This document shows positions 40,087 to 50,769 of a stretch of DNA of 64,000 nt, piece by piece. This stretch comes from Candidatus Poribacteria bacterium (GTDB taxonomy: Bacteria > Poribacteria > WGA-4E > PCPOR2b): NCBI GenBank assembly GCA_965116925.1, contig OZ220744.1:128001-192000 (forward strand), given 5' to 3'. A model generated the notes under the pieces. That model saw nothing but the letters and a program-made list of their open reading frames with translations, made no database searches and was not told the origin of the DNA. The first letter of the stretch is position 1. Every line of letters begins with the position of its first letter. Made by a program: the position numbers and the translations under genes.

Positions 40087-41391
40087 TTAAGCAAACAACT
40101 CCTCAATAACACTCCCATCATTCACCACCCGGATTGGTCGTCCACCTCTGGAATAATTTTGCTCAGTGTCATCAATACCGAGCGAAAAGCAGAGCGACGC
40201 AAATAGGTCAGGGACGGAGACAGGTCGATCCACAACCTCCATACCGTCTTCACTAGTGGCACCAATCACCTGTCCACCGCGGATCCCGCCTCCTCCAAGT
40301 ACAACCGACCAACCGTTGGGAAAATGGTCACGCCCATCATTCTCATTAATTCTGGGAGTCCGCCCAAACTCACCCAGCCACAGGACGATAGTTTCCTCTA
40401 ACAGGTCCCGATCGGCGAGGTCTTTCACAAGCATCGAAAAAGCAGGGTCCAGTGTTTCGAGAAGATTTTTGGTTCGTTCAAAGTTGTTGTCATGAGTATC
40501 CCAACCATCGAGTGAAACTTCCACAAATTTCACACCAGTTTCAACCAGCCGCCGTGCCATCAAGCAGCCATCTCCGAATTGAGTCATACCGTAAGCTTCT
40601 CTCACAGCTAATGGCTCATTTGATAGATCAAATGCCTTTGCGTGCGGGGAATTAATCAGCTTGTCCGCTTTCTTATAGATAGCCTGATGCGCTTCTGTAC
40701 TCCGATTCGCATGCTTCTTGAGGAAGTCCTTTTCCAAATCTGTCAGCATCCGGAGCCGCTGCTCAAATCGACGTGCGTCCATCTGCGGGGGATATTTGAG
40801 ATCCTCAATCGGTTTTGTCGGATCGCTGACAACAAAGGGGTCGTGCTCGGCGCTAAGAAAACCGCTCGTAAAAGCGGGGGCATTGATATTGACACAGTTG
40901 GGCAGCTCAAAATCTTCATCGTTCAAATAGTGCGAGGCGATCGAACCCAAGGTCGGGTGCCTCACAGAACCCGTTGGCGCGTAGCCGGTATGGAGCAGAT
41001 AGCGTGCCCGTTCATGATTTCCCTCGCGGGAAACCATCGACCGAATAATCGATAGATGATGCGCCTGTTCCGCGAGTTGGGGGAGATGTTCGGAAAACTG
41101 AATGCCTTCCGCGCTTGTCGGAATCGCTGCGAAGGGACCAGCGTTAAGCGTATCCGGCTTCGGGTCAAAGGTATCCAATTGGCTCGCGCCGCCGTTCATG
41201 AATAGGACAATGCAGTGTTTGGCACGGGCTGCAATTCCCCCTAGCGGCGTCCACGCCGATGATTGCAGATGCTGCATCGCAATGAGTCCCAAAAAACTGC
41301 TCACCCCAACTTTGAGAAAATCACGTCTTGAAACACTCTGCTGCCGGGAATTGAATATTTCACTTTCAGGTATTCTAACTTGTGCCTTCAT
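40087..41391 (-). CDS. DUF1501 domain protein, Tat-exported
   Basis: SRRDFLK, GG.SQ.DTFDPKP, L.ARRLVE.GV.FV, WDTH, EFGRTP.IN...GRDH. Confidence 0.9.
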   Translation of the reverse strand: MKAQVRIPESEIFNSRQQSVSRRDFLKVGVSSFLGLIAMQHLQSSAWTPLGGIAARAKHCIVLFMNGGASQLDTFDPKPDTLNAGPFAAIPTSAEGIQFSEHLPQLAEQAHHLSIIRSMVSREGNHERARYLLHTGYAPTGSVRHPTLGSIASHYLNDEDFELPNCVNINAPAFTSGFLSAEHDPFVVSDPTKPIEDLKYPPQMDARRFEQRLRMLTDLEKDFLKKHANRSTEAHQAIYKKADKLINSPHAKAFDLSNEPLAVREAYGMTQFGDGCLMARRLVETGVKFVEVSLDGWDTHDNNFERTKNLLETLDPAFSMLVKDLADRDLLEETIVLWLGEFGRTPRINENDGRDHFPNGWSVVLGGGGIRGGQVIGATSEDGMEVVDRPVSVPDLFASLCFSLGIDDTEQNYSRGGRPIRVVNDGSVIEELFA

Positions 41392-41404
41392 CGCAATCCT
41401 TTTC

Positions 41405-41782
41405 CTATCCCTTAATAAACTGAGTGATAATGAGAACGAGGATAGTGATCCAAACCGGCACCGTCATGCCGACCATCCACTTGAAAACATCCGTGATTCG
41501 TCTTTCAAGTCGTGTTTCCATCGCACTCATTCGTTGTTCGACTCGTGTTTCGAGCGCACTCATTCGTGTTTCTATCGCGCTCATCCGTTGTTCGACTCGT
41601 GTTTCGAGCGCACTCATTCGTGTTTCCATCGCGCCCATCCGTCCTTCTAATGAACCGAGCCGCTCATTAATCTGGTTCAACTCACCACGCATTTGATTAA
41701 CATCTTTGGAGATTTGTACTACTAGATCGCTGAGGTTCTGAACCATACTCTTCAGTTCGGTTGTTTCCGGGTTGATTTCCAT
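41405..41782 (-). CDS. Small coiled-coil protein with tandem repeats and C-terminal TM anchor
   Basis: Repeated RMSALETRVEQRMSA(I/M)ET (54-nt unit); KWMVG... hydrophobic tail; AGGAGA-like RBS. Confidence 0.7.
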   Translation of the reverse strand: MEINPETTELKSMVQNLSDLVVQISKDVNQMRGELNQINERLGSLEGRMGAMETRMSALETRVEQRMSAIETRMSALETRVEQRMSAMETRLERRITDVFKWMVGMTVPVWITILVLIITQFIKG

Positions 41783-41836
41783 GATAGGAGAATCTCCTTT
41801 TTTTCTATTTCGTTGATTAAGTCTCCCGCCGCACCT

Positions 41837-43471
41837 CTAATGATTCAGCGCAAATTCAGCGGAGTTGAGCAGTGCCCAATAGAGGTCCTCGTAGGCAAGC
41901 GCATCGTTACGATACAAACTTGACCGCAGGTATCGATCGAAATAGGTCCGTTCTGAGGTCCGGGGATAACGCGAGAGGGTCGTAAGGTAAATCTGATCGA
42001 GTCGTGCTCGCTTCGTACGCTTCGTTTTGAGAATATAGTGGAGGAGACCACCCCGCGCTTTGTGAGATCCACTGTCATTGACTAGCGGCCCATTAATCAT
42101 CATCAAGGCTTGCGGAACCGTACCGTTGAATGCCTCAACTTCCTCCATTTCACCGTTATCAATGAGAAAGAGAAACCGTTCCAAGTAGCGGCGTTTCATA
42201 TTTTCCAGTTGGCCACGGTCGCGCCGCTTTTGAAGTCGCTCAAAACCGGTTGATTCTAGCATAGAATAGAAGAACTGTTCCGCGGTCAACGGTTTAACGT
42301 AGGCGTGCGAATAATAGAGATCGTCATATTGATTGCTTTTGTTTGTCTCAGAGGTGCGTTGGTAGGCTTTGGTATTCAGAAGGGTTCGCATCAAGTATCG
42401 GAGATCATATCCATGAATCATAAAATCTTTCGCTAGCCAGTCAAGCAATTTGGGATTTGACGGTGGATACTCTTCCCCGAATCCGTCCAGCGGTTCTACA
42501 AATCCTCTCCCCATGAAGTGCGCCCAGATTCGGTTGACAATGGCATGACAGAAGTATGGGTTATCCTTAGCAGTTATCCACTCACTCAAGGCGTAACGCT
42601 GTCTGGTTGGTCGTGTTGTGGACTGTTTGCCATCAAGGAAACTTGGTGGGATGGGTTCATGAGTGCCCGGTATATAGATTGAACTTTCGGGGAGATTTTT
42701 CAAAATACGTTCTGCGACGCGTTCTCCGCTCTCCTCGTCCATTTTGGAAATCTCTTCAACACGAATGTTGGCAAAAAACGCCGCCAACCCGTAGAAGTCC
42801 TCCTGATACCATGCTTCGGTTTTGTGGTCATGACATTGGGCGCACTGCATCGGCAACCCAAGAAACAACCGGGAGGTGTGAGCAGCGAGATCTACCGGTG
42901 AGAGATCGTAGCGTAGCAGATAGTTCGCCGCACCATTTTCTGTCACACTACCTTCTGCTGCAATCAAGGCTGTGACAAATTGGTTATAGGGCATGTTTTG
43001 TGCAAGACTTGCGCGTATCCACCGCTCTAATCCTAACCGTTGCTCTCTATCATTATCGTCTCGACCAATGAGCCAATTGGTCCACAATCGTGTCCAGTAG
43101 TCGAGATAGAGCTCGCTGCCAATCAATTCATCAATCTTCTTTTCACGTTTATCCTTAGAACCATCGTCGAGGAAACTGACAACCGCTTCGACGGTGGGAA
43201 TTTTCCCTGTCAGATCTAGATGCACACGTCGCAAAAATTCAGCGTCACTAGATTGTTTCGATGGTTTAATATCTTCTTCTTTCAATCGGGCATCAATATG
43301 TCGATCCAGGTGTTTCGTGCTAGACCAAATACGTCCCTCTACGCTGGTGCTAAAGCTCGACAGAATAATAGTCACACAAATGCAGATTAGTAGGCCTGTC
43401 GATAAGTTATTTTGTATCTGACATAAGGCTTTCATCATTTTCGTACATTTCCTCCTAATACTGGTGCTCAT
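41837..43471 (-). CDS. DUF1549/DUF1553 domain protein
   Basis: FLRRV.LDL.G.IP, CAQCHDH (CxxCH), VNR.W..FMGRG.V.P.D, QAL.M.N, L.WALLNS.EF. Confidence 0.9.
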   Translation of the reverse strand: MSTSIRRKCTKMMKALCQIQNNLSTGLLICICVTIILSSFSTSVEGRIWSSTKHLDRHIDARLKEEDIKPSKQSSDAEFLRRVHLDLTGKIPTVEAVVSFLDDGSKDKREKKIDELIGSELYLDYWTRLWTNWLIGRDDNDREQRLGLERWIRASLAQNMPYNQFVTALIAAEGSVTENGAANYLLRYDLSPVDLAAHTSRLFLGLPMQCAQCHDHKTEAWYQEDFYGLAAFFANIRVEEISKMDEESGERVAERILKNLPESSIYIPGTHEPIPPSFLDGKQSTTRPTRQRYALSEWITAKDNPYFCHAIVNRIWAHFMGRGFVEPLDGFGEEYPPSNPKLLDWLAKDFMIHGYDLRYLMRTLLNTKAYQRTSETNKSNQYDDLYYSHAYVKPLTAEQFFYSMLESTGFERLQKRRDRGQLENMKRRYLERFLFLIDNGEMEEVEAFNGTVPQALMMINGPLVNDSGSHKARGGLLHYILKTKRTKRARLDQIYLTTLSRYPRTSERTYFDRYLRSSLYRNDALAYEDLYWALLNSAEFALNH

Positions 43472-43564
43472 GCAGCATTACAAGAATCAGTTGTCTTGGC
43501 TCTAGTGAAATTAAACTTGGGCACGTTACAGCGGTGTAATTCAACGATAACGCCCAAACGTGCC

Positions 43565-44668
43565 CTATCTGAACCAATCATAGTGGAGAGCCGATGAGCG
43601 GTCTTGGAGCGGTAGGTCAAGGCGCACACCTCCCTGTGCGGAGGATTGCTTTAGTCCGAGCTCAACTTCAAGTGCCACAGCGACTCTCCTGCCTGAGTTC
43701 TTCGGTTCATCAAGTCTACCCTCAAGGCAGTCGATTATGTCTGCTAGTCCGTAGACAGCGTTATACCCACCCACAAATTGGGGAGGGTGCCACGGCATCT
43801 CTACACGCCGTTGTCCTGCGGGGGTATCAATATCCTGCCACAATCGCCAACCGCCCGGATAGCCCGAATGAAATTGTACCTCGCCATCAGTACCGGTCAG
43901 GCGGATCACACCTGCTCCCTTTCTAAAATGGATAGATTTGCCATCTTCAGCAACGAGCATTCCCTGTCCGGCGAACTCATCGCTCCCCGATTCGCGTCGT
44001 GGTTCGTCACCAACGCCGATAACCCATGCAGGCGCGCTGTCAACAAAATAGGACCAATATTGCTTCTGTGAGTTTGATGCTTCCGTCTCAATGGAGAGGA
44101 TCTCGCCGATGGTGCCATTGTTGATCAATTCCTTTGCTTTAGCGTAAGAGGGGTGATTCACCGGGATAGCACCACAGCAAAGTGGCACGCCGGCATTCGC
44201 ACATACCTCAACCATCCGGTCAGCTTCCTCCAGTGTATGCGCCATCGGTTTCTCCGTCGCAATTCCCTTCACACCGCAGGCAACTGCCAAGCAGGTTAAA
44301 TCAGCACGACCTTTCGTGTTAGTAGCGATAGCGACAAGATCGAGTGCCTCTGTGTGCAGCATTTCAGCTGCGTCGGTGTAAAGTGCCACCCCGCCGTAGC
44401 GTTCACCGAATGCTTTCAACCGGTTCCGATCCCGATCTGCGCCAGCGACTAGGTCAATCTCCGGCCGATCCCACATCACTTCCGCCCAGCTATGAGGTAC
44501 AATTCCTGTGCTGTGATACTCGTGGAGGTGAAAGCTGCGATGGATATCGAGTTCAGGCGTGGGGCGATCTACATCATCGACGTTATACGGATCCCAAATC
44601 CGCCCGGCGAGATCAGAGAGCATTCCCATCCAGCCTAACCCGATGACTCCAGCACGATACTTCGCCAT
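43565..44668 (-). CDS. Gfo/Idh/MocA family oxidoreductase
   Basis: MAKYRAGVIGLGWMG with a long insertion after the Rossmann loop; TEKPMA. Confidence 0.85.
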   Translation of the reverse strand: MAKYRAGVIGLGWMGMLSDLAGRIWDPYNVDDVDRPTPELDIHRSFHLHEYHSTGIVPHSWAEVMWDRPEIDLVAGADRDRNRLKAFGERYGGVALYTDAAEMLHTEALDLVAIATNTKGRADLTCLAVACGVKGIATEKPMAHTLEEADRMVEVCANAGVPLCCGAIPVNHPSYAKAKELINNGTIGEILSIETEASNSQKQYWSYFVDSAPAWVIGVGDEPRRESGSDEFAGQGMLVAEDGKSIHFRKGAGVIRLTGTDGEVQFHSGYPGGWRLWQDIDTPAGQRRVEMPWHPPQFVGGYNAVYGLADIIDCLEGRLDEPKNSGRRVAVALEVELGLKQSSAQGGVRLDLPLQDRSSALHYDWFR

Positions 44669-44681
44669 GTTACTCCCCTTC

Positions 44682-45482
44682 TCAGACACATTTACAACTC
44701 GCCCCACCATCGACAACCAGTTCCGTCCCGGTGATATATTTCGCTTCATCCGAAGCAAGAAAGAGCGCAGCATACGCCACATCCCAAGCATCGCCCATCT
44801 TTCCGGTGGGGCAGAGGGCATTCCGTACCTCGATCATTTGCTCTACATCTCCGTCCGCATAGCTATCGGCTAGCGATTTGACGACCATCGGTGTATTCAT
44901 GAAACCGGGCAGAATGCTGTTAGCTCGGATGTTCTGTTGCGCGTACTGAATGGCGATGCTCTGGGTGAACTGCCTAATTGCCCCTTTGGTCGTACTGTAA
45001 GAAATGTAGGGGACCCCCAGCCAGCGGATGCCGGCGATAGAAGATATGTTCACGATGGCACCGCCTCCCTGATGCTCCATCTGAGGAAGTACATATTTAC
45101 AGGTCAAAAAGATGCTCTTGAGATTGACGTTGTTGACGAAATCCCAGCTCTCCTCGCTCGCTTCGACGGGACCCCCGATTTCAAGAATCCCAACGTTGTT
45201 GTGAAGAATATCAATGCGACCATAGGTTTCAAGGCAACGTTCCACCATTACCTGAACTGCTTCGGACTTGGAAACATCTGTCTGATGGGCGGTACAATCC
45301 CCTCCCTCTTGATCAATGATCTCCTTGGTTTCTTCCGCAGCGGCGAGGTTAATGTCAATAGCGAACACCTTTGCTCCCTCGCGTGCAAAGAGCACAGCGG
45401 TCGCCTTGCCGTTCCCCCACCCCGGTCCGACTGATCCGGCACCGGTTACAATTGCTACCTTATCTTTTAAACGATCCCCCAT
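44682..45482 (-). CDS. SDR family oxidoreductase
   Basis: TGAGSVGPGWGNG, NNVG, YSTTK. Confidence 0.9.
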   Translation of the reverse strand: MGDRLKDKVAIVTGAGSVGPGWGNGKATAVLFAREGAKVFAIDINLAAAEETKEIIDQEGGDCTAHQTDVSKSEAVQVMVERCLETYGRIDILHNNVGILEIGGPVEASEESWDFVNNVNLKSIFLTCKYVLPQMEHQGGGAIVNISSIAGIRWLGVPYISYSTTKGAIRQFTQSIAIQYAQQNIRANSILPGFMNTPMVVKSLADSYADGDVEQMIEVRNALCPTGKMGDAWDVAYAALFLASDEAKYITGTELVVDGGASCKCV

Positions 45483-45649
45483 AGCACTCACCCTCCATGA
45501 TTTAAGACGGTTTTGGTAAAAACGGGCGTTATGAAAACGCACTATGCTATCATCACTGACCTTTAGAGTATAGATTGTTCGCTATAATTGAACCGAATCT
45601 ATAATCGTATTTCTACATAGCTCCAATCCGGTGTGATGATAGTGCAAGA

Positions 45650-47086
45650 CTACGGCTTAGGTGTCTTCACACAGCGGAAACCGGTAATTTGACTTGTGCT
45701 CTGGGGATCCAGAAAGTTGCGACTTGTCACGCGTACTTTGTCAGCTGCACTGTTCCACGAGCCTCCACGGAGTACACGACGGGTCGCTACATTTGCAAAA
45801 TCATCGTTAGTAAACGTAATCAATTTACCAGAAATTGGATTGTTTTCCTGACTCACAGCATAAAATTTAGCATCGTATTCATCAGTGCACCACTCCCATA
45901 TATTGCCCCCCATATCATATAATCCATAGCCGTTTTCAGCAAAACTTCCAACAGGGGCGGGACCATCCCATATATCTTTGTCATTTTTGCCTTTATAGTT
46001 AGCGTCATCATGAGTGATTTCATCGCCCCAAGGATACCGCATACCGGCCCGTCCGCCGCGAGCGGCGTATTCCCATTCTGCCTCAGTCGGAAGTCGCTTG
46101 CCAGCCCATTGGGCATAGGCAGCAGCATCAAGCCACGACACCTCCACAACAGGTTGGTCAGGCGCATTGAGGGCGGGATCATCCCAAGACTCTGGCACCC
46201 TGTGTCCCGTCGCATCGAGAAACTGTTTGTACGCAGCATTAGTTACTTCCGTCACATCCATGTAGAAAGCACTGACAGAGACGGTGTGAACCGGTAATTC
46301 GTGAGGCAAGCCCTCTCCAAAGGAATCCCCCATTTCAAACGTGCCAGGAGGAATCAGCAGCATTGTTGTGCCATCGATCTTGGACAAAATCTCTGGTTCG
46401 GCAGTGACATTTATCACTCTCTCTGCCTCCATTGTGATGGGACTCGGAGCACTATTGTGTAACGTTAGGGTGATAGTATACTCTCCAACTCGCTCATAAG
46501 TGTGTGATGCCGTGAGTTCCTCGCCAGATTCTGTCTGCTGCCCGTCCCCCCAGTCCCATTCTACTTCGGAAATCCCGTAATGTGTGTCGTTGGATTGACT
46601 GGCATCAACGGTTATTTGTCCACCCAAAAGATCGCCCACATCCGCAGCGACAACTTCAAATAGTGCAATAAGTTCATGTCCTAGTGGATTTACTGTAATC
46701 TCTATTATTCGGTTTGAAGAGTTACGAACAAAGCCAGCCTCACCCGCTCCTTGATACAAAACTGTTTCACCCTTTAGCACTTCGATTGTTATTACCTGAT
46801 TCACCCCAAAATGGACTTCACTGAGAGCAATGTCCTCAACTGGTTGGCTTGTCGGCTTGATAGTAAGATTTTGCTCTGTTGTGATTGTTGCCACATTGGG
46901 TCCGGTAATTGTTATTCGTACCGCGTATTCCCCTGCTTCTTTCACGTTTGAGAAGTTGACAGGGATTATTGCTGCTATTTCATCTTGAACCTCATCAGTC
47001 TCACTGCAACCTAACAAATATACAGTAAAGCTGACGTATACGAGTGTTATCAAAACTGAAGTGAATTGCACTATTATTTTCCTCAT
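45650..47086 (-). CDS. Lipoprotein with PKD domain and FGE-sulfatase (SUMF1-like) domain
   Basis: Lipobox LLGC; WDWGDG; RLPTEAEWEYAARGG, GLYDMGGN.WEW, RGGSW, GFRC. Confidence 0.9.
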   Translation of the reverse strand: MRKIIVQFTSVLITLVYVSFTVYLLGCSETDEVQDEIAAIIPVNFSNVKEAGEYAVRITITGPNVATITTEQNLTIKPTSQPVEDIALSEVHFGVNQVITIEVLKGETVLYQGAGEAGFVRNSSNRIIEITVNPLGHELIALFEVVAADVGDLLGGQITVDASQSNDTHYGISEVEWDWGDGQQTESGEELTASHTYERVGEYTITLTLHNSAPSPITMEAERVINVTAEPEILSKIDGTTMLLIPPGTFEMGDSFGEGLPHELPVHTVSVSAFYMDVTEVTNAAYKQFLDATGHRVPESWDDPALNAPDQPVVEVSWLDAAAYAQWAGKRLPTEAEWEYAARGGRAGMRYPWGDEITHDDANYKGKNDKDIWDGPAPVGSFAENGYGLYDMGGNIWEWCTDEYDAKFYAVSQENNPISGKLITFTNDDFANVATRRVLRGGSWNSAADKVRVTSRNFLDPQSTSQITGFRCVKTPKP

Positions 47087-47201
47087 ATTTATTTAGGTGA
47101 ATTCCTTACGCATTTCAGCATAAGTGGCACGAGGCAAGATGCCTCGCCTATAGTTGGCTGCGTAGGTCCCAATAGTTTCAATATTGCCGCCGTTAAGCCT
47201 A

Positions 47202-47567
47202 TTACATTTTTGAGAGATATGTTTCGCGTTCGATGACCTGTTCCAGATGATACATTCGTTCAGGCGAAGCAGTCTGGCGCATAACCTCTGAATGGACGCT
47301 TTGTGACCTTGGATAATACCGTGGCTTGCCATCCCGCTGGAGATAACTGTCAAGTTCAGCAATCTCAGCGTCTGTTTTTGCCCGACTCGCCACATTGAGG
47401 TCAAAGTGGCGACGACTACGCCCTCCACCATCATGCACCATACCCTTCTTCTCAAAGACTGCTTGGTGCTCCTCAGTCAACCACTCAATATCTTCCGTGA
47501 GTAGGTTGGGAAGATAGATATACCCGAACAGTTTGAAAAATTCGCATTGCGCTGATGTCAATGCCAC
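47202..47567 (-). pseudogene. Internally deleted PhyH-family dioxygenase remnant
   Basis: AAGGAG then GTG. N-terminus LT.AQ..FF..FGY..LP.LL is joined directly to the C-terminal 'GG..RR.F.LN' segment; the HxD...H core is missing. Confidence 0.55.
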
Positions 47568-47717
47568 GGCACACAACTCCTTTTCCCATAATTCGCCCGT
47601 ATCAAGATATATCACACCGGACCGTTCTTCACGGTTCAAACTTTTTTCACTTCCTATCAAAAGTTCATCCGTAGAAATCCTGACTATTGAGATGTGTCCT
47701 TCACCATGAGGGACGAT

Positions 47718-48461
47718 TTAGCGTTTAGATGCCATAAGACCGATTAGGGGAGGGTTGGACAGGAACTCAGCCCAGAACGAGTTACCCTGTTGAGCGGGTG
47801 CTAAATCGAGATTGACCCATTCAAAATCAGAAAATCCAGCAATTTGAAAAGCCCATTGATAGGTCTCTGGCGCGAGGTAAAAATTTTTGAACTCAAACTG
47901 CTGCCCGTCTTCATTGACAAGTTTATATAAGATTACATCTCCTTCCTTGGGAGAACTAGTGCACTCCTTTTCAAATCCATATTTGGCAAAGGAGACAGTA
48001 CCTTTAGGGGGATTCCGAACGTTGTCATTGACCCCAACAAATCGTCCTCCTGAGCACAGTACATTATAGCTAACTTGGCAAAAGTGAAGGAGTTCTTCTT
48101 TAGTTTTAGCGTAATTCAAAAGGTACATTGCTACAACGACATCAACCGATTCAGCTATCTCTAGCTCTGCCACATCTCGATTTAGATATTTGCATCCTAA
48201 AGGGCGATCCCTTTCCTCCTCTTCCGCCAATCGGATCATTTCAGCGGAAATATCGACCCCTGTGACTTCAGCAGCACCTGCCTGCTTAATCTTCCGGGTG
48301 TAAAACCCCTCGCCACAAGCCAGATCTAGAACCTTTTTCCCTTGAACTTCTCCCAACATCTCAAAGAGAGAATATTCTTCAAGATACTTCCGAAATGACA
48401 GCTGTTTGGAATCCCTGTAGGCTTCGGCAATGTCATCATATTCATTTTTCGCTTGGGCCAT
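47718..48461 (-). CDS. Class I SAM-dependent methyltransferase
   Basis: VLDLACGEG, GVDIS.EMI, YLLNYA. Confidence 0.88.
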   Translation of the reverse strand: MAQAKNEYDDIAEAYRDSKQLSFRKYLEEYSLFEMLGEVQGKKVLDLACGEGFYTRKIKQAGAAEVTGVDISAEMIRLAEEEERDRPLGCKYLNRDVAELEIAESVDVVVAMYLLNYAKTKEELLHFCQVSYNVLCSGGRFVGVNDNVRNPPKGTVSFAKYGFEKECTSSPKEGDVILYKLVNEDGQQFEFKNFYLAPETYQWAFQIAGFSDFEWVNLDLAPAQQGNSFWAEFLSNPPLIGLMASKR

Positions 48462-48555
48462 GAATCATATTCCTCCTAGATGAACCCAGTGAAAAACGAG
48501 TGGCATTTTCGCGCCAACAAAAAAGGGACCGTTTTTCCCCGCCCCTTGATCTCTC

Positions 48556-49503
48556 CTAAAATCCGAGTGTTTTTCTAACCACATTCTTCAGTGGTTCACC
48601 CGCTTTATATCGCCTGATATTATCGCAGAAAAACTCGATAGTGCGGCGTGGGCGATGCTGTGACCCCCCAGCAGCGTGCGGCGTGAGGATCACGTTGTCC
48701 ATATCCCACAAAGGGCTATCCGGCGGAAGCGGTTCAATTTCGGTGACATCCAGCCCCGCGGCAGCAATCTTTCCCTGTTTGAGAACTTCGATAAGGGCAG
48801 GCTCGTCAACAATTGGCCCACGGGCAACATTGATGAAATAAGCACTCGGCTTCATCAGTGCGAGATTCTCAGCGTTGATTAACCCGCGTGTCTCATCTGT
48901 CAGTGGACAGGCGATCATCACCACATCTGCGCGACTCATGAGATCCGGCAGTTGATCGATCGGCATCAGTTCGTCAACAACATCAGGTTTATCCGTGCGG
49001 TAAGCATCGACAGAGATGACGTACATCTCAAAGCCTTTGGCGCGTCGCGCCATGTGTTGACCAATCCCGCCCATGCCAACGATGCCGATTGTAAATCCAC
49101 CAATCTCAATCATCGGTCTTCCACCACCCCATTTGCGCTGATCCCGATTACGAGTGAATTGATCGATGCCTCTTGCGAGAGCAAGCAGCAGCGCAAAACC
49201 TTGATCTGCCACATGAGAGCCATACAACCCCGCCGCATTCGTCAAAATGACATCGCTATTTATCAGAGCAGGATGCAGCGTACTATCCATCCCTGCGCTA
49301 GAAGACTGAATCCACTTCAGCTTCGGCATCTGTTTGAACAGTTCCTCACTACAGCCACCAAAGAGGATTTCTGCGTCCGCAGCTTCCCTGACGTACTCTT
49401 CTTGCGAGTTGGCAAATACGACACTGTTTTCATCACCCGCAGCATCCCGGATGATTTGGTTCAATTCTTCATCTGAATTTGGTCTTTGTACCAAAATTTT
49501 CAT
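48556..49503 (-). CDS. D-2-hydroxyacid dehydrogenase
   Basis: GIVGMGGIG, CPLT.ETR, INVARG, LDV...EPLP, TPH. Confidence 0.9.
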   Translation of the reverse strand: MKILVQRPNSDEELNQIIRDAAGDENSVVFANSQEEYVREAADAEILFGGCSEELFKQMPKLKWIQSSSAGMDSTLHPALINSDVILTNAAGLYGSHVADQGFALLLALARGIDQFTRNRDQRKWGGGRPMIEIGGFTIGIVGMGGIGQHMARRAKGFEMYVISVDAYRTDKPDVVDELMPIDQLPDLMSRADVVMIACPLTDETRGLINAENLALMKPSAYFINVARGPIVDEPALIEVLKQGKIAAAGLDVTEIEPLPPDSPLWDMDNVILTPHAAGGSQHRPRRTIEFFCDNIRRYKAGEPLKNVVRKTLGF

Positions 49504-49530
49504 ATATCGCTCCGTTCAAAAAATTAAAAA

Positions 49531-49586
49531 TAGAACTTACGCAGTTGGTTCATAAGTCCCCCTGATAAGGGGGATTTAGGGGGTTG
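49531..49586. repeat. TAGAACTTACGCA end plus CCCCTGATAAGGGGGATTTAGGGGG palindrome
   Basis: Shares its end with the 16664/16886 elements; a related hairpin lies at about 20978-21015. Confidence 0.6.
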
Positions 49587-49659
49587 AAAATAAAAAACAG
49601 AGAAAAGGGCAATGCCCTATTTTCCCCAAGTTACCTTTGTGTTGCCCGTCATAGGCACT

Positions 49660-50556
49660 TTATTTCCAAGGCGGTACTTCGGGCAATAACGCTTCAAACT
49701 CCTCAATTAGCTCTATTTCATACGCTCCGGCATACTCATTGTTGAAGAATTTATCCATTCCTATATCCACAAGGCGTTCCCACGATTCCTCCTCGTATCC
49801 AGGATTGACCGGAAAAAACAGCGCACCAACGTCCCGAGCGGCTTTCAAATCGCCGGGAGCGTCACCGATCATCAGGATATGATCCGATCGATACTTCCCT
49901 TTCGCTGTCAACGTGAGGTGCTCCGTCTTGGATCCCATCTCCTGCCCTGCGATTACCGCAACATATTGGTCGATATTGTGTTCAGCCCATTCCCGTTTGA
50001 GTGCTTCGTTGGGGGTCGCTGACACGACAATCGCATCGGCTCGTCCCTGTAGACTTTGCAGCGTCTCACGGACGCCGGGGAAAGGCGGCAAGTTGTGGAC
50101 AATCTCAGCGATAGTATCATTGACAGCAAGACTCCACTCAAGCACTTGGCTCAACTCCTCTCGCTGCGCTCCCGTTGTATTTTCAATCACTGCTTCGAGT
50201 GTGGGATTACCGAGCTTGGTCTCCGTTTCTGACCATTCCCGAAGATACGGAAAATCTGGCACCGAAACACTAGCTTTTTGAACCTTCGGCATCTCCCGAA
50301 GAAGGTCACTGACAAGAAGGATCGCTTTGAAACGATTGCAGCCGCGCGTTGTGGAATAAAGGTTCACAAAATCCCACGCCTGATGGACTTGCCGCGAAAC
50401 CGCGGGAAGCCCAAAGTGCTTAATCAGGTTGACACTGAAGCAGTCGTTGTGCTTAACCTCCATCGAATTGAACGCGCAACCATCCGAATCAATTCCGACA
50501 AAATAGTCATGTCTCGGTTGGAAGTCTTTTAACGCTGCCGCTGCATCTTGATCCAT
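49660..50556 (-). CDS. HAD family hydrolase
   Basis: DSDG (DxD), VVSAT, K, MIGDAPGD. Confidence 0.85.
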   Translation of the reverse strand: MDQDAAAALKDFQPRHDYFVGIDSDGCAFNSMEVKHNDCFSVNLIKHFGLPAVSRQVHQAWDFVNLYSTTRGCNRFKAILLVSDLLREMPKVQKASVSVPDFPYLREWSETETKLGNPTLEAVIENTTGAQREELSQVLEWSLAVNDTIAEIVHNLPPFPGVRETLQSLQGRADAIVVSATPNEALKREWAEHNIDQYVAVIAGQEMGSKTEHLTLTAKGKYRSDHILMIGDAPGDLKAARDVGALFFPVNPGYEEESWERLVDIGMDKFFNNEYAGAYEIELIEEFEALLPEVPPWK

Positions 50557-50769
50557 TCAATTCTCTCCTTTCAACTCGGGCTATCAGATAGGCATGAATT
50601 CAAACGTTCATCGGTTTCTCTTTGCGTTTTGTCCTGTCTTTCTTTTATCCCTATAAATTGATATTCCTAACCCGGCTGCACCAATGTACCGATGAACTAA
50701 TGAAACCAATAATTTTCACGTTTCACGTTTTTTGCGTTTTGTCCTGTCTTTTGACATGGGCCTCGTGTT

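Noticed and set aside
41500..41640. Tandem repeat as a CRISPR array or non-coding VNTR
   Set aside because: It is an in-frame coding repeat with no spacers.
45650..45790. FGE-sulfatase C-terminus as a diversity-generating retroelement variable region
   Set aside because: No reverse transcriptase and no adenine-mismatched template repeat seen in this window; a remote DGR cannot be excluded.
50621..50752. 21-bp direct repeat TTTGCGTTTTGTCCTGTCTTT
   Set aside because: Only two copies in one intergenic region; likely fragments of another dispersed repeat, with no function supportable.
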